From: Mytilus californianus
Lineage: Eukaryota
Length of the DNA: 64,000 nucleotides
NCBI RefSeq assembly: GCF_021869535.1
Contig: NW_026262667.1
Location: forward strand, 4,960,001-5,024,000
Direction of reading: 5' to 3'
Part shown: in pieces, positions 43,301 to 56,960 of the stretch
Layout of the letters: each line of letters begins with the position of its first letter
Numbering within the stretch: the first letter of the stretch is position 1
Position numbers and translations under genes: made by a program
The notes under the pieces: generated by a model
What the model saw: the letters and a program-made list of their open reading frames with translations, nothing else
Database searches by the model: none
Told to the model about the DNA's origin: nothing

Positions 43301-44756
43301 TATAGGACAGACCTATGATTATTCAGGATTTTCTCTTTGGTAAGTGTCGTGGAGGTATATGTTGAGTTTCCAAGTGAATTTTCAATACCTAATTCCTTTA
43401 TTAAGCAATTTATGTAATGCAATTTACACACAAAAACTCGCTTTTTTATGCCCCCGTCGCACCTTTTGTTCGGGATTTTCTATTTGGTAAGTGTCGTGGA
43501 GGTATATGTTGAGTTTCCAAGTGAATTTTCAATACCTAATTCCTTTATCAAGCAATTTATGTAATGCGATTTACACACAAAAACTCAGCCGTCGCAGCGT
43601 AGGGGGCATTAAGTGTTACCTTTGTCCGTCGGTACGTCCGTCCGTACGTACGGAAGTCCCGATATTGGTTTCCGTTCTCTTAACTTTGGTTTGCCTCAAC
43701 CAAATGTCATGAAAATTATACACAATGCTTATCACCACAGATCAAGTTTGAGTTTTGGTGGCGTCACTTTTACCGAGTTATGCCCTTTACAAATGAAAAA
43801 ATTGCTGAATTTTTAGTTTTCATTCTATAAAGACTGAATTATTTGGGTTATCTATATTGTACTACACGTACATGCATTGCATTGATTAATCCCGCATTAT
43901 TGGCCTTGAAAAAGATTCATGAAAAAACATGCGACAACCCCTAAAATGTATATACTTTTCACTAAACTAACTTTTCCTCTATATCCTAAAATTTCATAGG
44001 AAAATATGAACGTTGTCGTTGTAACATGGGGACCTGGTGCTGCTTTCCCAAACTATGATCAAGCTGTAGCTAATACAAGAATGGTGGGAACACAGATTCG
44101 TTTGATTATAGACATGATGGTTGATCATGCTGGTGCTAAATTTTCAGACATACATCTTATTGGACACAGCCTGGGTGCTCATACAGCTGGTTTTACAGGA
44201 TGGCTGCTTCATGGTCGACTCTCGCGTATTTCCGGTAAGTTTTATCACACACAGCTGAACCACATGTTCTTTGGAACAGGAAATTTTTTTTTTGCCCTCC
44301 ATTTTTCCCGTTATTTTTTAGTTTTCTTTTGATTTCAATTATTTTGGTGTTTTTCTGTAGTAGATTTATATTAGTATACTAAAAATATAATTGATTACCA
44401 TCAATTGCTAACTATCCACAGCAGTTACTGATTATATATATACATATGAGGGTCTGGATGGGGTTTACAGAATAGAGAATAATTGGGGGGGGGGGGGGGG
44501 GGAGTGCAGAATTAAAGCCAAAAAATATAAAGAATAGAGAATAATGGAGTGTTAAAATATAAAGTTTAGAGAATAATGGACAAAAATATAAAGAATAGAG
44601 AAAAATCGGCAAAAAAAATAAAGAATAGAGAATAATGGAGTGCTAAAATATAAAGTATTGAGAATAATGGACAAAAAATATAAAGAATAGAGAAAAATTA
44701 CCTAAAAAGTTAAAGAATACACAATTGAACCACCCCATCCAAACCCTTATATATAT

Positions 44757-44793
<37 letters not shown>

Positions 44794-47700
44794 TCATCAG
44801 ATAGAGTAGCAGTTTTATTGCCAAATAAGTTTCCCCCCTTTTTCCAGGTCACAATATTTATTCGCAAGAGTAAATTGAATACACGATTTTTTGATTTTTT
44901 TACTTTGAGTAGACCTTAAAAATTAAAAGTGTTTCTATTGTAGATGTGATGTAAAACTTGCAAAAATACAAATTGAAGTAAACATATATTAGCTCCCTAT
45001 AAAGAAATATACTCTTTTACACATGCTAAATTTGAAGAATAGAAGAGTTTGAATTTTGTATGTACTCCAATTATAGTTGCCTCTTTTTGTTGAATTTTTT
45101 TGTCATGAATATTTCATTTCATTTGTTAATCATGAAGCTATATACATGTAAAATCATGCAAGAACGGTTCGTACATTTATGAAATATTAAAGTGGAATGT
45201 TTAATAAGGTATGAAAATTACATCAGATAAGATATATGTATATGTTGTACAACTTTGCCTATTTACCTTGAAAGAGGTTTTTTCATTTAATTTGTTCATT
45301 TGATGATTCATTTACTTGCTTTTTAATGTCCATGTTTATTTTGTCTGCAAATTGTTAAAAATGAGTTAATTTATATGAATATGAAAATATCATGTATTTC
45401 CATGATAATATATTAAAGATGATTTAAGCCAAAAAATAAAGAGCAGATATGTCATACTTGAACATTAATAAAATTTGCCAATCAAATAGTTACTATAATA
45501 AATATCATTTAAGTGTGTTTCCTATTATAAAGCACATGTATACCGAGAGAAAAAAATTTAGCAACATGTATTCTTAATTTAATATATTTTAACAAACAAA
45601 CTATACTTTTAAATATAACAAATAAATATAAGTTTACATTGTTTTTATGATATAAACTATTTTATTGATTGTACAAATGTTTCTTGTTTGGATATTTAGT
45701 TAATACAATTTTTTGTTTGATAGCAATAGTTTGAATAAATCTTCATGTCCTATTGTCGCCAAAGGTGAAAAAAGTGGAGACCCTATGCCTGAAGTGGATT
45801 AAAAATGTGTTTTTCCAACTGTGGTTTGCACCGGTCCCACCTGCCTGATAAATATTTCAAGGTTACAAAAAAAATATGGTTGCAGAGAACTGTTCACTTG
45901 TTTCATTGTAACTGACTTTATGCATGCTTAGATATATGACATTAAACGTAAAACTGTTACCTGTACACCCCTTGATTTGGTTGCCCTCTCGACACACCTC
46001 ATTTCCCTTCGGACACTTCCGTCGGTGTTCACTGTCATGTAGTTGTGTCTGTACCTTACTTATTAATTTATGATAGTTAGAACTGACATCGGTTAACTAT
46101 CCTCAAAGGTTTATAATAAGCTGCAAGTAACTCTCAGATCTGTTCTTTGTGTCTTTTGTGTTTTTGTTAGTTGTATTTGTGCCTTGTATCGATCTGATGA
46201 GTCAAGCCCTTTTCAGCTAATTTTTATGTTGGGGACTGTTGGCGCGCCTGCAGACGTGTTTAACCCCGCCACATTTTGTATGTGCATGTCTAATTCAAAC
46301 TTGTGTAACCCCGCCACATTCTGTATGTGCATGTCTAATTCAAACTTGTGTAACCCCGCCACATTCTGTATGTGCATGTCTAACATGTGTCTAATTCATG
46401 CATGTATACGTATTCTTTCAGGTATGGACGCGGCTGAACCAGACTTTGAAAATCATCCAATGCAGATTAGACTAGACGACACAGACGCACAGTTTGTAGA
46501 TGTTATTCACACTAACGGAGCTCCTTTTAGTCAGGGCGGTGCAGGTCTAATGCAGGTTTCAGGACATGTAGATTTTTATGTAAACGGAGGGAAATTACAG
46601 CCGGGTTGTCCAAACCAGATTTCTGGCGCATTTAGCGGTTTGTTTGGTGGTGGATTTAAAGGTTTGTTAGACGAATTACTTTAAGAATAGACGTAAACCC
46701 TTCACCTTCTTAACGATCAAAAAATATCGGAAATATGGTTCGGTCGCTTTTATACTAAGTGACTTTGATTAAAAGACCGTGTATGACAGAGGTGATTAAA
46801 CATGGTTTTCTTCTGCAAGTATAGTTCAGCAATATTTTACATCAATCTGATAATTCCTGGGTAATTGTTATTCTCAAAATCAGACTGTGTTCATGTTTTG
46901 ATTATAAAAGGTCCAACCTCATTAATTTTGCAATCATTATATATATATATATATATCTTCCCTTAACGACGTTGTTTATGAAAACTCTATAGACTTGAAA
47001 GTCCCAAGATGGATGAAAGCGCTAGACATTACAGCACTGTTAAAACTGTTCTTGCTTCTTGATTGTAAGTTATACTAGTATATATGATAGTAGTAAATAA
47101 TCCTTGGTACAGTCGTGTATATTTCAAAATAAATTCAGAAAAAAAACACATTCCAGTTACACATATATATATTTTCCTTAGATGCTGTTCTTGCACCTGT
47201 ACAGGAATTTTATCTATCACTAATTGTATATTTTTATTGTTGATATTCACCCCATATGTACCAAGTGTTGGATTAGTTTTATTGATATCAAAGAAATTTC
47301 TTGGTATTCCTAAACGGAAGATTTTATACACACAGAAGAAGAAGTATACTTAACAACAAAATTATTTTCATTTACCTGTGTATAATATGACGCAGGTTTC
47401 TTCAAAAGTTATGATTTTTAAAAAATTGTTTGAAATTTCACAGTGATATCATACTTTAACTTTGTTTAAACCTGTTTATTTACCTTTGACTTTAATTATT
47501 TATCCCTTGTAATTTTTTATTAACTGTGTATTTGCATTCAGGTGTCACAGGTCAAATTAAATCGTTCATTGTGTGTTAATTTACGTTTTTTGATTGAGTT
47601 AAGCCTTCCAATTGACATTTTATAGTGTTGTTATACTATTGTTTCAGAAAAGGTAGAAGGTTTGGTACCATTAAAACGTTTAATCCCGCTGCAAATGTTT

Positions 47701-50700
47701 GCACCTGTCCTAAGTCAGGAATCTGATTACAATAGTTGTCGTCTGTTTATGTAGTTCATACGTGTTTCTCGTTTCTCGTTTTTATATAGATTAGACCGTT
47801 GGTTTTTCCGTTTGAATGGTTTTACACTAGTAATTTTTTGGGGCCCTTTATAGCTTGCTGTTCGATGTGAGCCAATGCTCCGTGTTGAAGGCCGTACCTT
47901 GACCTATAATGGTTTACTTTTATAAATTGTAACTTGGATGGAGAGTTGTCTCATTGGCACTCATACCACATCTTCCTATATCTATATATATATATATGTT
48001 TCTTAATATTTGCAGAAAGCGCTTACAGATAATTAAGAAACATTATGTTACTGGAACGTGTTCTTTATGAATTTATTTGAAATATATTTATACATACTCA
48101 ACAATTTGACATTTTATTTTCTATACAATTTGTAGGTGCTGCTGAGGCGGTTTCGTGTAGCCATTCCCGATCTCATGAAGTGTTTACAGAATCAATCAAC
48201 ACTCCATGTCCATTCACAGCATACCCTTGTAACTCTTCTGTAAGATTTAACACAACGACCGAATGGCTAAAGAAAGACAAGAAGACATGACTGCATTGTT
48301 ATAAGTCAAATATTGACGCGAATTCTTCATCATTTTCTTTTCGTCTACAAAGTCTTTCAAATTTAAAATGGAGTTAAAATCTTTGACCAGTATAAGTAAT
48401 ATATTAGTACGTCTTATCACAAGTTTTTTATTCGTCAAAAGCAAACGCGTCGGGTTCAAGAAGTGAAGCAAGAACTTCTTACCTCTTGAGTTCATCCCGG
48501 TTATTTCGTGGGGTTCGTGTTGGTCAATCTTGATTGGAGTGAAGTATTTGGTTTTTTATCTTTTCGTTAACTCGGTTGCCCCGTAAGGATAAGCAGTTCC
48601 TGCTTCAAGTTGTGTATTAAAAATATTTCATACATACTCAGGACGAGAACAAATAAAAACATTCTCCAATAGGTAGGTCGACAGACATGAAGGGCGGGAG
48701 GACTGTCTCTTGAAAATGAGAGTGCTGCATAAATAGGAGAAATTATGCCCTGCAATAGTCTACCTAATGATACTTAAAGATGTACACCCCCGTTCAGTTA
48801 AACGGAAGCTCCACATTGTCAAGAGTTTTACTGTCAGACGGGAAGAGTCCAGGGATGACCATATATCTATACCCAGTTAACCATTGTTATAGAAAAGAAA
48901 TATGAAAATGTTCGACCAAAATTGTAGTTTGATAAGTAAAAATAAGTTCATATAAAATCAGAAAAACATCCATGCATCCATAAACCATTAAATGTCAGAA
49001 ATTATATAAAAAGTTTGGAAATAATATTTTCTTTAAGGAACTGTATTTTTTGTGTTAAAAGCAAGGATTAATAAAATGATGTTTATGTACATGAAAGTGC
49101 TTTAAAGTTATCATATTTTTGTACATTTCAATAGACCCGTCTGCATACCCGATCCCGGACAAGTCGGATCAAACTCTTAAGAGGAATTACTGTTTAAGAT
49201 TTAGATGGGTTTAAAGCAAAACTGTGTTCACTTTTATAATATTGTTCAGGCAAGCCATGTTGCAATTGTCCAAGTTTTCAATAAGCAAGATACTAACGTA
49301 AAACCACGTGCAATGATATATTCGAAAAGCCGTCTTGATATTCTTTGAATGCACTGATTGTCAGAAAAGCCTTTTTTGTCGGGGTTTTTGGCTGTCAATA
49401 GTTTCCGTGCAATAACTTATGAACCGTTCAACCAATGCTTTTCAAATTTTAATATGTTGATACTGATGATAAATGGAGGTCAAGTTTGATACTGACGATT
49501 TTCAACACATTTACCGTTCAGGAGTTATGGTCCTTGATATATTGGAAAAGGACACTTTATGGCGTTAGAGTTATTGTACCATTAAATAAAGCTGAAAAAA
49601 ACCAACTTGTTTGTATCTGATTTTTCTACATATGAAAATGTTATTATAATGCACCAATGTTTTGTTTCAGGAATCTTTTAATGCTGGAAATTGTCTAACG
49701 TGTGGTTCAAATGGCTGCTCACAGCTTGGTTACTATGCAGATATGTATCGAGCACGTGGAAAACTCTTTCTTAACACGAAAGAGAAGTCTCCATTTTGTG
49801 GTTAGTAGTATATAACAGTACAAAAATGTTCGAATCATTGATGTAAATGTTTCATCTAACGCATATAGAGAAATTTATTTTCGGTTTTAAATTTGTTATA
49901 CCGTTGTTATCTTAGCGGTGATGTATAGCAATCGACACGGCTAGATTACAATTTCAAAAGTATGCAATGTGCATCGATTTTTTTCATTAAATCTTTTTTT
50001 CGTTCACAATTGTGACCATGTTTGTTTTTTATTTGTTTTCTGTCAAGTTAGATTTTCAAAACTAGTTTTACCTCGCATATACACATCAGAACAGAATATT
50101 TTTATTTTGAACCAAATAACGAATCGGACATTCATATGACTTAAATTCAATTGTCTTTTATATATTTCTTGATTAAAAAAAAGTCTTAATTTTTTTTGTG
50201 TAAGAATAAAAGGCGATGCATGAGGGTAGGAATGTCCTTTACCGTCAGGCGTCAAACGGTAATTTTCGGCTACCGTTAGCGTCAAATTGGTTAAAATTTT
50301 ATCGTGATTCGTCAGAATATCCTTATCGTGATACGTCATCTAGGTCTCAAATAAATATCCGTTAACGTTGTTTTTGGAAAGAATTTAACGTGATTCGTCA
50401 AAATCAGTCGATTTTTTTTATCATCACTAAGAAAATGTACATTTTATCGTCATGTACCAAAAATGACCGTTAACGTCATTTGGCAAGATTTTTTACCGTT
50501 ATTCGTCATGAAGGTACCCCATGACGACCCTCTTGCAGTCTATAAGTAAATGACACAAATAACCAATATACATCAAGAGGTATCAACATATACAGTCACG
50601 ATCTCAGATCATCAAAAACCTTACAGCTTATATGTCTTAACATACACAGTCTGAACGTCACGATGTCAGATCATCAAAAACCTTACAGCTTATGTGTCTT

Positions 50701-53700
50701 AACATATACAGTCTGAACGTCACGATGTCAGATCATCAAAAACCTTACAGCTTATATGTCTTAACATACACAGTCTGAACGTCACGATGTCAGATCATCA
50801 AAAACCTTACAGCTTATGTGTCTTAACATACACAGTCTGAACGTCACGATGTCAGATCATCAAAAACCTTACAGCTTACATGTCTCAACATACACAGTCT
50901 GAACGTCACGATGTCAGATCATCAAAAACCTTACAGCTTATGTGTCTTAACATACATAGTCTGAACGTCACGATGTCAGATCATCAAAAACCTTACAGCT
51001 TATGTGTCTTAACATACATAGTCTGAACGTCACGATCTCAAATCACAAAAAAACTTATCCCCGGCTTAGTATATTTCTAGGAGTTTGATTGGTTAACGCA
51101 CGTCGTTACAAAACCCATAGCCCCTGGGTGTTGCTAACCCATATCCCCGGACGTTGCTACCCATTACATCGGGGAATTTCACGCGCGTTTTCCTTAGTTC
51201 CATTGTTGTTCTTTATGAAATATCGAATTCTGTAGATTTTCCATGATGTCTGTATAATTAAATACGTAATCCACTAACGATTTTATCTTATTGTATCGAT
51301 TACTTGCACTCATTTTAGCAAATGCATCACTATGCAGCCACATTGTCAATGAATGGTACTACTGACCTAGCTATGCAAATGACCCACGTTGACGTCACAC
51401 CGTTTATGATATAACTCTCACAACATTGCGCGCCAAATTCGACCCATTTAAGTTTCTCTGTCTCTAGTTTAAAAACGTCTTATATTTGTCTACCTGTAGG
51501 GTTCTACCAAAGGTAGTACCCTACACCCCGTTAAAAATATGTCAAATTCCCAGATTTCAATAAAAGATATTTAAAAAATGAAAAAAACGTTGCTTTCACG
51601 TTAAACTTTGTGGTCGAATTTCTCTAAAAATCGCCAGATTTAGACTGAGACCGGGGATAAATTCGTTATCTACGTTCATATCCGTAGATATGGATATTTT
51701 AACACCCTTCAGTACCCTGTACACCCTTCGGCTGCGCCTCAGGGTGTACTTGGATACCTCAGGGTGTTAAAATATCCATATCTACGATATGAACGTAGAT
51801 AACTTATATTACAGCTTACATGTCTTAACATACACAGTCTGAACGTCACGAATTCAGATCACCAAAAACCTTACAGCTTACATGTCTCAACATACATAGT
51901 CTGAACGTCTCGATCTCAGATCACCAAAAATCTTACAGCTTACATGTCTCAACATACATAGTCTGAACGTCTCGATCTCAGATCACAAAAAATCTTACAG
52001 CTTACATGTCTCAACATACATAGTCTGAACGTCACGATCTCAGATCACCAAAAACCTTGCAGCTTACATGTCTCAACATACACAGTCTGAACGTCACGAT
52101 ATCAGATCATCAAAAACCTTACAGTTTATGTGTCTCAACATACATAGTCTGAACGTCACGATCTCAGATCACCAAAATAAAATTGAGAATGGAAATGGGG
52201 AATATGTCAAAGAGACAACAACCCGAACAAAGAGCAGACAACAGCCGAAGGCCATCAATGGGTCTTCAATGCAGCGAGAAAATCCCGCACCCGGAGGTAG
52301 TCCTGAGCTGGCCCCTAAATAAAATTGTGTGCTAGTTCAGTGAAAATGGACGTCACACTAAACTCCAAAACATATAAATTAACTAAAATTAAAAAACATA
52401 CTAGACTAACAAAGTCCAGAGGCTCCTGACTTGGGAAAGGCGCAAAAATGCGGCGGGGTTAAACATGTTTTGTGAGATCTCAACCCTCCCCCTATACCTC
52501 TAGCCAATGTAGAATAAAGAAACACATAGCAATACGCACAGTAAAACTCAGTTTAAAAGAAGCCCGATTCCGATGTCAGAATAGGTAACAAAAGAAACTA
52601 AGCAAAATGACAATGATACATAAATGAACAAAGGACTACTAGCAGTTACTGACATGCCAGCTCCAGACCTCAATTAAACTGATTAAAAGATTATGTCTTG
52701 ATCATATGAAAACAAGTACAATCCTTCCCGTTAGGGGTTAAGTATCATACCATCATAAAATATATGAGAAGAACATAACCCGTATCATGCCAACAACTGG
52801 TTTTAGAATAAATGTGTTTATTTCCGATGCAAAACCCTATGAGTGAATCAATATTAATACCAAAATATTCAATCCTTAATGACTTGACAACAGTATCGTA
52901 ACTATATACTTTCCGAATAAGTCTGTTTAAAGGTTTGGTTAGCTTTTGAGGTGAATGCCGACATTTTTGTGCTTTGTAAAGAATATTACCATAAAATATT
53001 GGATGTGAAATACCTGAACGTATAAGATGTCTGCATGTTGATTTATATTTACGAATGATGTTCTTGTACCGATGATAAAATTTAGTAAATGTTTTGACTA
53101 GTTTGTGATATCGAAAACCCTGGTGTAATAATTTTTCAGTAATACAGAGATTTCTTTCGTTGAAATCAAATACGTTGTTACATACACGAGCGAATCGAAC
53201 AAGTTGAGATATATAAACACCATAAGATGGCGACAAGGGAACGTCACCATCTAAAAATGAATAATTAACAATAGGAAATGAAAAATCATCTCTTTTATCA
53301 TAAATTTTGGTATTAAGCTTCCCGTTAAAGATAAAGATATCAAGATCCAGGAAAGTGCAGTGTTCATTGTTAGTATTAGCTTTATTTAAAGTCAGTTCGG
53401 CAGGATAAATCTCTTTAGTGTACATACTGAAGTCGTCATTATTGAGAGCCAATATGTCATCTAAATATCTAAAAGTGTTATTAAATTTTTGAATCAGATG
53501 TTGTTTCGATGGGTCTTTGCTGATTTTAGTCATAAATTAATTTCAAATAACTCATAACAATACAGAAACAGGTCCGCAATAAGTGGTGCACAGTTAGTCC
53601 CCATGGGAATTCCGATAACCTGACGATATACGGAATCTCCATAGCGAACAAAAATGTTATCTAGTAAAAATTCAAGGGCAGTTATAGTATCAAAGCAGGT

Positions 53701-56700
53701 CCAATTGACATAGTTCTTTTGTTTGTTGTTACTAAAAAATTACCTAAAAGAGTTTGAACATATATATTCGCATTCCGACAACCTTACAGCTTACATCAAG
53801 TATCTGAAAAACAAATAGTAGTACATCATGATTAACAGGTCTAATCAAATTAAGCACACATATGTTCAATGGCCAAAACCCACTAAATAGAATATAATTC
53901 GTTCAGATGATATTGTATCTAGTATCCTGTAATGTTATTATTGAGTCTAAAGGGGATTTATTTATACTTATGATATCATTCGTTCAGATGATATTGTATC
54001 TAGTATCCTGTAATGTTATTGTTGAGTCTAAAGGGTAGTTATACTTATGATAAACAGCATGTCTATAATCGTCTTTTTGCCACTTTGAGTTCATTTCAGC
54101 GCAAAAAATATAAAACAATTGACAGATTATAATATCAACATGAAGTAATGAAATTTTCGTTATTTCCAGGTTTTCATTACATGATTAAGTTAGAATCTGG
54201 TTCACTAACTACTTACGGAACAATCAACATCCAAATAAAAGGCAATTTTGGAAACACAGGATGGCTGGAATATATCAAGTAATGTTGTTGTTTTTAATCT
54301 TGAAAACAATAGTCAATGAAGCAAATGTCATGCATCAGAGTAATTAAGCTAATAGTGTTTTGTTTACAACATGAAGCCAAAATATTAAGTTTCTTTTGCT
54401 TTTAAAACTACTATTTCTTGACAAATGTCGTGTTGTTGTGTTCTTCAAGGAGTGTATTCATCTTTTTCTTTGTAGGGATGATGAAATTACCAAATACAAA
54501 ACCTACAGCAAAATGATTATATCATCGGTGGAGGTTGGAGAAATAGAAAGTGTTTATATTAAATATGTGAAAAGGCCGAAGAGTTTATTTCACATGTTTG
54601 GAGGAGAAACTCGGTATAATGCTATATCATTGGAGGTTACCTCTGGAGAAATAGGAGGAAAGTAAGTTAGGTCTAGAGAATTTATTTTCTTTGTATTACT
54701 AAGTCTAATTTAAATAAACAATCACGATAATTAATTAATTTAGGACATGTGAATGATTCATTCCACAATAAGTTATAATAACATTTTTTCAAGGAGGAAT
54801 ATCATTGAATTGAGGTTAGGTCGCTTATATTGATTGATTGACTGTTGGTATTTTAAAGCCACTTTCAACACTATTAGCAATATCGTGGCTGTCAGTTTTT
54901 GTTGACGAAGGAAGCCGGCAAGCCCGGAGCGAACCACCTGTCTTAGCAAGGAAACTGGTCAATTATTGATTGATTGTTGGTTGCAAGCTAATGTCCAGCG
55001 GCAAATATTTCATGCATGTTCAAGACGATCATAGTCAATTAAGATTAAAGTCTAACGGATCTGCAACGTGCAGGGTTCGAACTCACAACATCAGTGTTAA
55101 CAGGCTGGTGATACAGTAGATGAACTACTTTGACCACTCGTCAACCAAGGCCCCCGGATCGCTTGGAGCAATTCAAAGAACGATATATATATAAAACGAG
55201 CACTTAAAGATCAATAGGTCCTTTTAGATTTATTAGAAATTATTATTTATTAAAAAAAGTTTCTTGAACAAAAAACAACTTCTACGTCATTTGGTCTCTG
55301 GTGGAGAGTTGTCTCATTGGCAATCATTACCATATCTTCTTATTTTTATAATGATTTTATGATAATTTATATATATTTTGGAAAATTGTATTAATTTATG
55401 CAAAATTGAGACAGAAATATGTTTTTCAGATTGATATATATCATTTAATGAGAAAAAAAGACTGTTTAACAAAACCAAACTCTAAAACATCTCAGACGAG
55501 TAAAATAAAAAATCGATTCTCACAGTTATATAATAAAACCCAGTGTCAATTCTGAAATGATCTAGTGTTACAATTTCATGTGAAAAATTGTAATTTTTGA
55601 CAAACCTAGTCCGTCGATGTGTGTATGTGTGTGTAATTCATTTGTATACGGATTATATAGCAGATACTCATGACTGCTTCTGTTGAAATGTTTGTATTTC
55701 TTATTGTTTTAGTTACTTTTTCTGTTTGAATGGATTGGAGATACCACACGGAGCACCTGTTACAGCCAAAAAGTCGACAACTAGAACATGTGTCTAACTA
55801 GCGACAATAAAAATGGAAACTGCCATGATATTTCTGCTGTGTATGCCATTAATCAGTTAACAAATGTAATATATCTGTTGTATGTGAATTTTCCTGGGTT
55901 TAGAAGTTTTGTTGGGAATAAATTAATATGATAGCCAGTATTGATATAGACGTTACGGTTCAAATATGTACATTTGAATTAAGACAATACTACTTTTACC
56001 CATATGATAAATTGTTTCGATTTAGTTAATGCAATGTTTACGGGGAAAATAGTGTTGTCTTTCGTTTTTATTTCCGTTTTACAGTCTCTGTATTCACTTG
56101 TGTATCTTCAGGCTGTTATACGTATGTATATATTTCTGAAAATATGTGGTATTTCTAATTAACTAGTACTTCCTAAACGGATAATATTTAGAGCAAATGT
56201 TTATAATTTGTCGATTGCCCTGAGAGCGAGCGTCATTTACTTGATACAACCTTTTGAATAGATAATGTTTGATTGATTTTAGAATTTTAAACTTGTATGG
56301 TAGTCGCGGGTATTTGTAAAGCCCATTACTCTAAAATCAGAATCTAGAAAAAGATTATCAAGTAAAGATTATCAACAGTAGCAAAGTTTTGAAATGGAAT
56401 GTATACATTGTATTTAGATATAATGGGGTGTGATGGTGGCATATAATAAATACACGTATACTGATAACAAATAATATACAAAACATAATCGTGTATACAA
56501 CAGTATTTAAAATATATATATAACCAGGGCCGTAAACTAGAACTTGTATAATAGGAGGCATTAGAATATGCGGGGGCTTGGGAACTTACAGATCCCCATA
56601 TGATATGAAGTTTTTTATGTTTTATCTTGCTTGTTTGTCTCACCCTGGAGATATTTTGACTTGGTTTCAGAAAAAAAACCTGTCAAACGTCATAATTGAA

Positions 56701-56960
56701 ACTGCACTCTATATCACTGATAATTTCATTTATTATACCAAATTCACATTCTAATATTTGTCTTTTTAAGTTTAGTGAAGATATTTTGAACATTGTTAGT
56801 TTATGACCATTATGTGTCAAATTCATAATTTTGTTCTTATTAACTTGCTCCTAATTTCTCGTATCTGGAGATATGATATACCTAGTGTTCGAACTTGGAT
56901 ATGAATCTTCACAAGGTCACATTTTCAGATTCAAGTTCTATGGACAGCGTTCTTACCCAA
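40399..56960 (+). CDS. Pancreatic lipase-related protein (secreted lipase with PLAT domain); final exon unresolved
   Basis: Exons 40399-40429, 41412-41791, 44000-44234, 46422-46661, 48136-48239, 49671-49800, 54170-54278, 54476-54661 and 56929-56960 join in frame with GT-AG. Features: signal peptide MNNFHSLLIIVISLTTVLEA; CYPFVGCF; FIIHGF; nucleophile GHSLG; GMDAAEP (Asp); FVDVIHT; GHVDFYVNGG..QPGC; CSHSRS (His); C-terminal PLAT-like FHYMIKLESG...GEIESVYIKY. The end is either read-through to TGA at 57007 or a last exon such as 58738-58796 (TLNADTIVTEPSVVVSIQD*), giving about 500 aa. Confidence 0.88.
40724..41200 (-). mobile_element. 5'-truncated LINE in lipase intron
   Basis: ORF 40911-41195 contains C..CNSNSIENEMHFLLECP...LFTWIMSNED. 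(ATTGT)n tail on the minus strand. Confidence 0.75.
42270..43100 (-). mobile_element. Decayed Penelope-like (Naiad-type) RT fragment
   Basis: Minus-strand frames give FQQTIDIPMKTNCA...FTFLYKDDD, IDNKGWLRTKLYD and motif-A-like SIETFDFST, broken by stops and frameshifts. Confidence 0.7.
43440..43815 (-). mobile_element. Inverted, shortened copy of the same HINE-like family
   Basis: Reverse complement of about 9200-9430 (cgtccgtccgt, ggtttccgttctctaactt, gcctcaaccaaatg). Confidence 0.65.
44448..44748. mobile_element. MITE with 16-bp TIRs and purine-rich internal repeats in TA context
   Basis: gagggtctggatgggg ... ccccatccaaaccctt flank repeated aaagaatagagaataatgg units. A degenerate relative lies at about 7525-7730. 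Confidence 0.6.
46261..46385. repeat. 45-bp tandem repeat, about 2.7 copies
   Basis: Unit taaccccgccacatt(t/c)tgtatgtgcatgtctaattcaaacttgtg. Confidence 0.9.
50584..52175. repeat. 62-bp minisatellite (about 8 + 6 copies) split by insertions
   Basis: Unit aacatacacagtctgaacgtcacgatgtcagatcatcaaaaaccttacagcttatgtgtctt. A last piece (accttacagcttacat) occurs at about 53780, after the PLE. Confidence 0.9.
51055..51811. mobile_element. Insertion in the 62-bp minisatellite: 10-bp inverted repeats (51055-64 / 51651-60) plus 139-bp palindrome (51665-51803)
   Basis: ttatccccgg / ccggggataa; the array resumes in register at 51811. Confidence 0.65.
52175..53760 (-). mobile_element. 5'-truncated, frameshifted Penelope-like element (Naiad-type, C-terminal RT) in lipase intron
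   Basis: RT motifs QVIGIPMGTNCAPLIADLFLYCYE (53545-53625), FRYLDDIL, KIYDKRDDFSFPIVN and YGVYISQLVRFAR. No GIY-YIG follows the RT. A frameshift near 53540 splits the RT. The 3' non-coding part (52175-52740) recurs elsewhere in the window. Confidence 0.8.
54828..55155 (-). mobile_element. tRNA-derived SINE
   Basis: Minus-strand head ggggccttggttgacgagtggtc (A box-like), GAGTTCGAACCC (B box, 55073-55084) and a (CAAT)n tail. Confidence 0.6.

Noticed and set aside
46190-46225. CTGATGAG motifs at 46194, 16489(-), 10185 and 18442 as possible hammerheads
   Set aside because: No stem II followed by GAAA, and no helix I or III pairing.
52745-53760. Selenoprotein-type Naiad (in-frame TGA plus SECIS)
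   Set aside because: No in-frame TGA in the RT remnant and no SECIS-like fold recognised.
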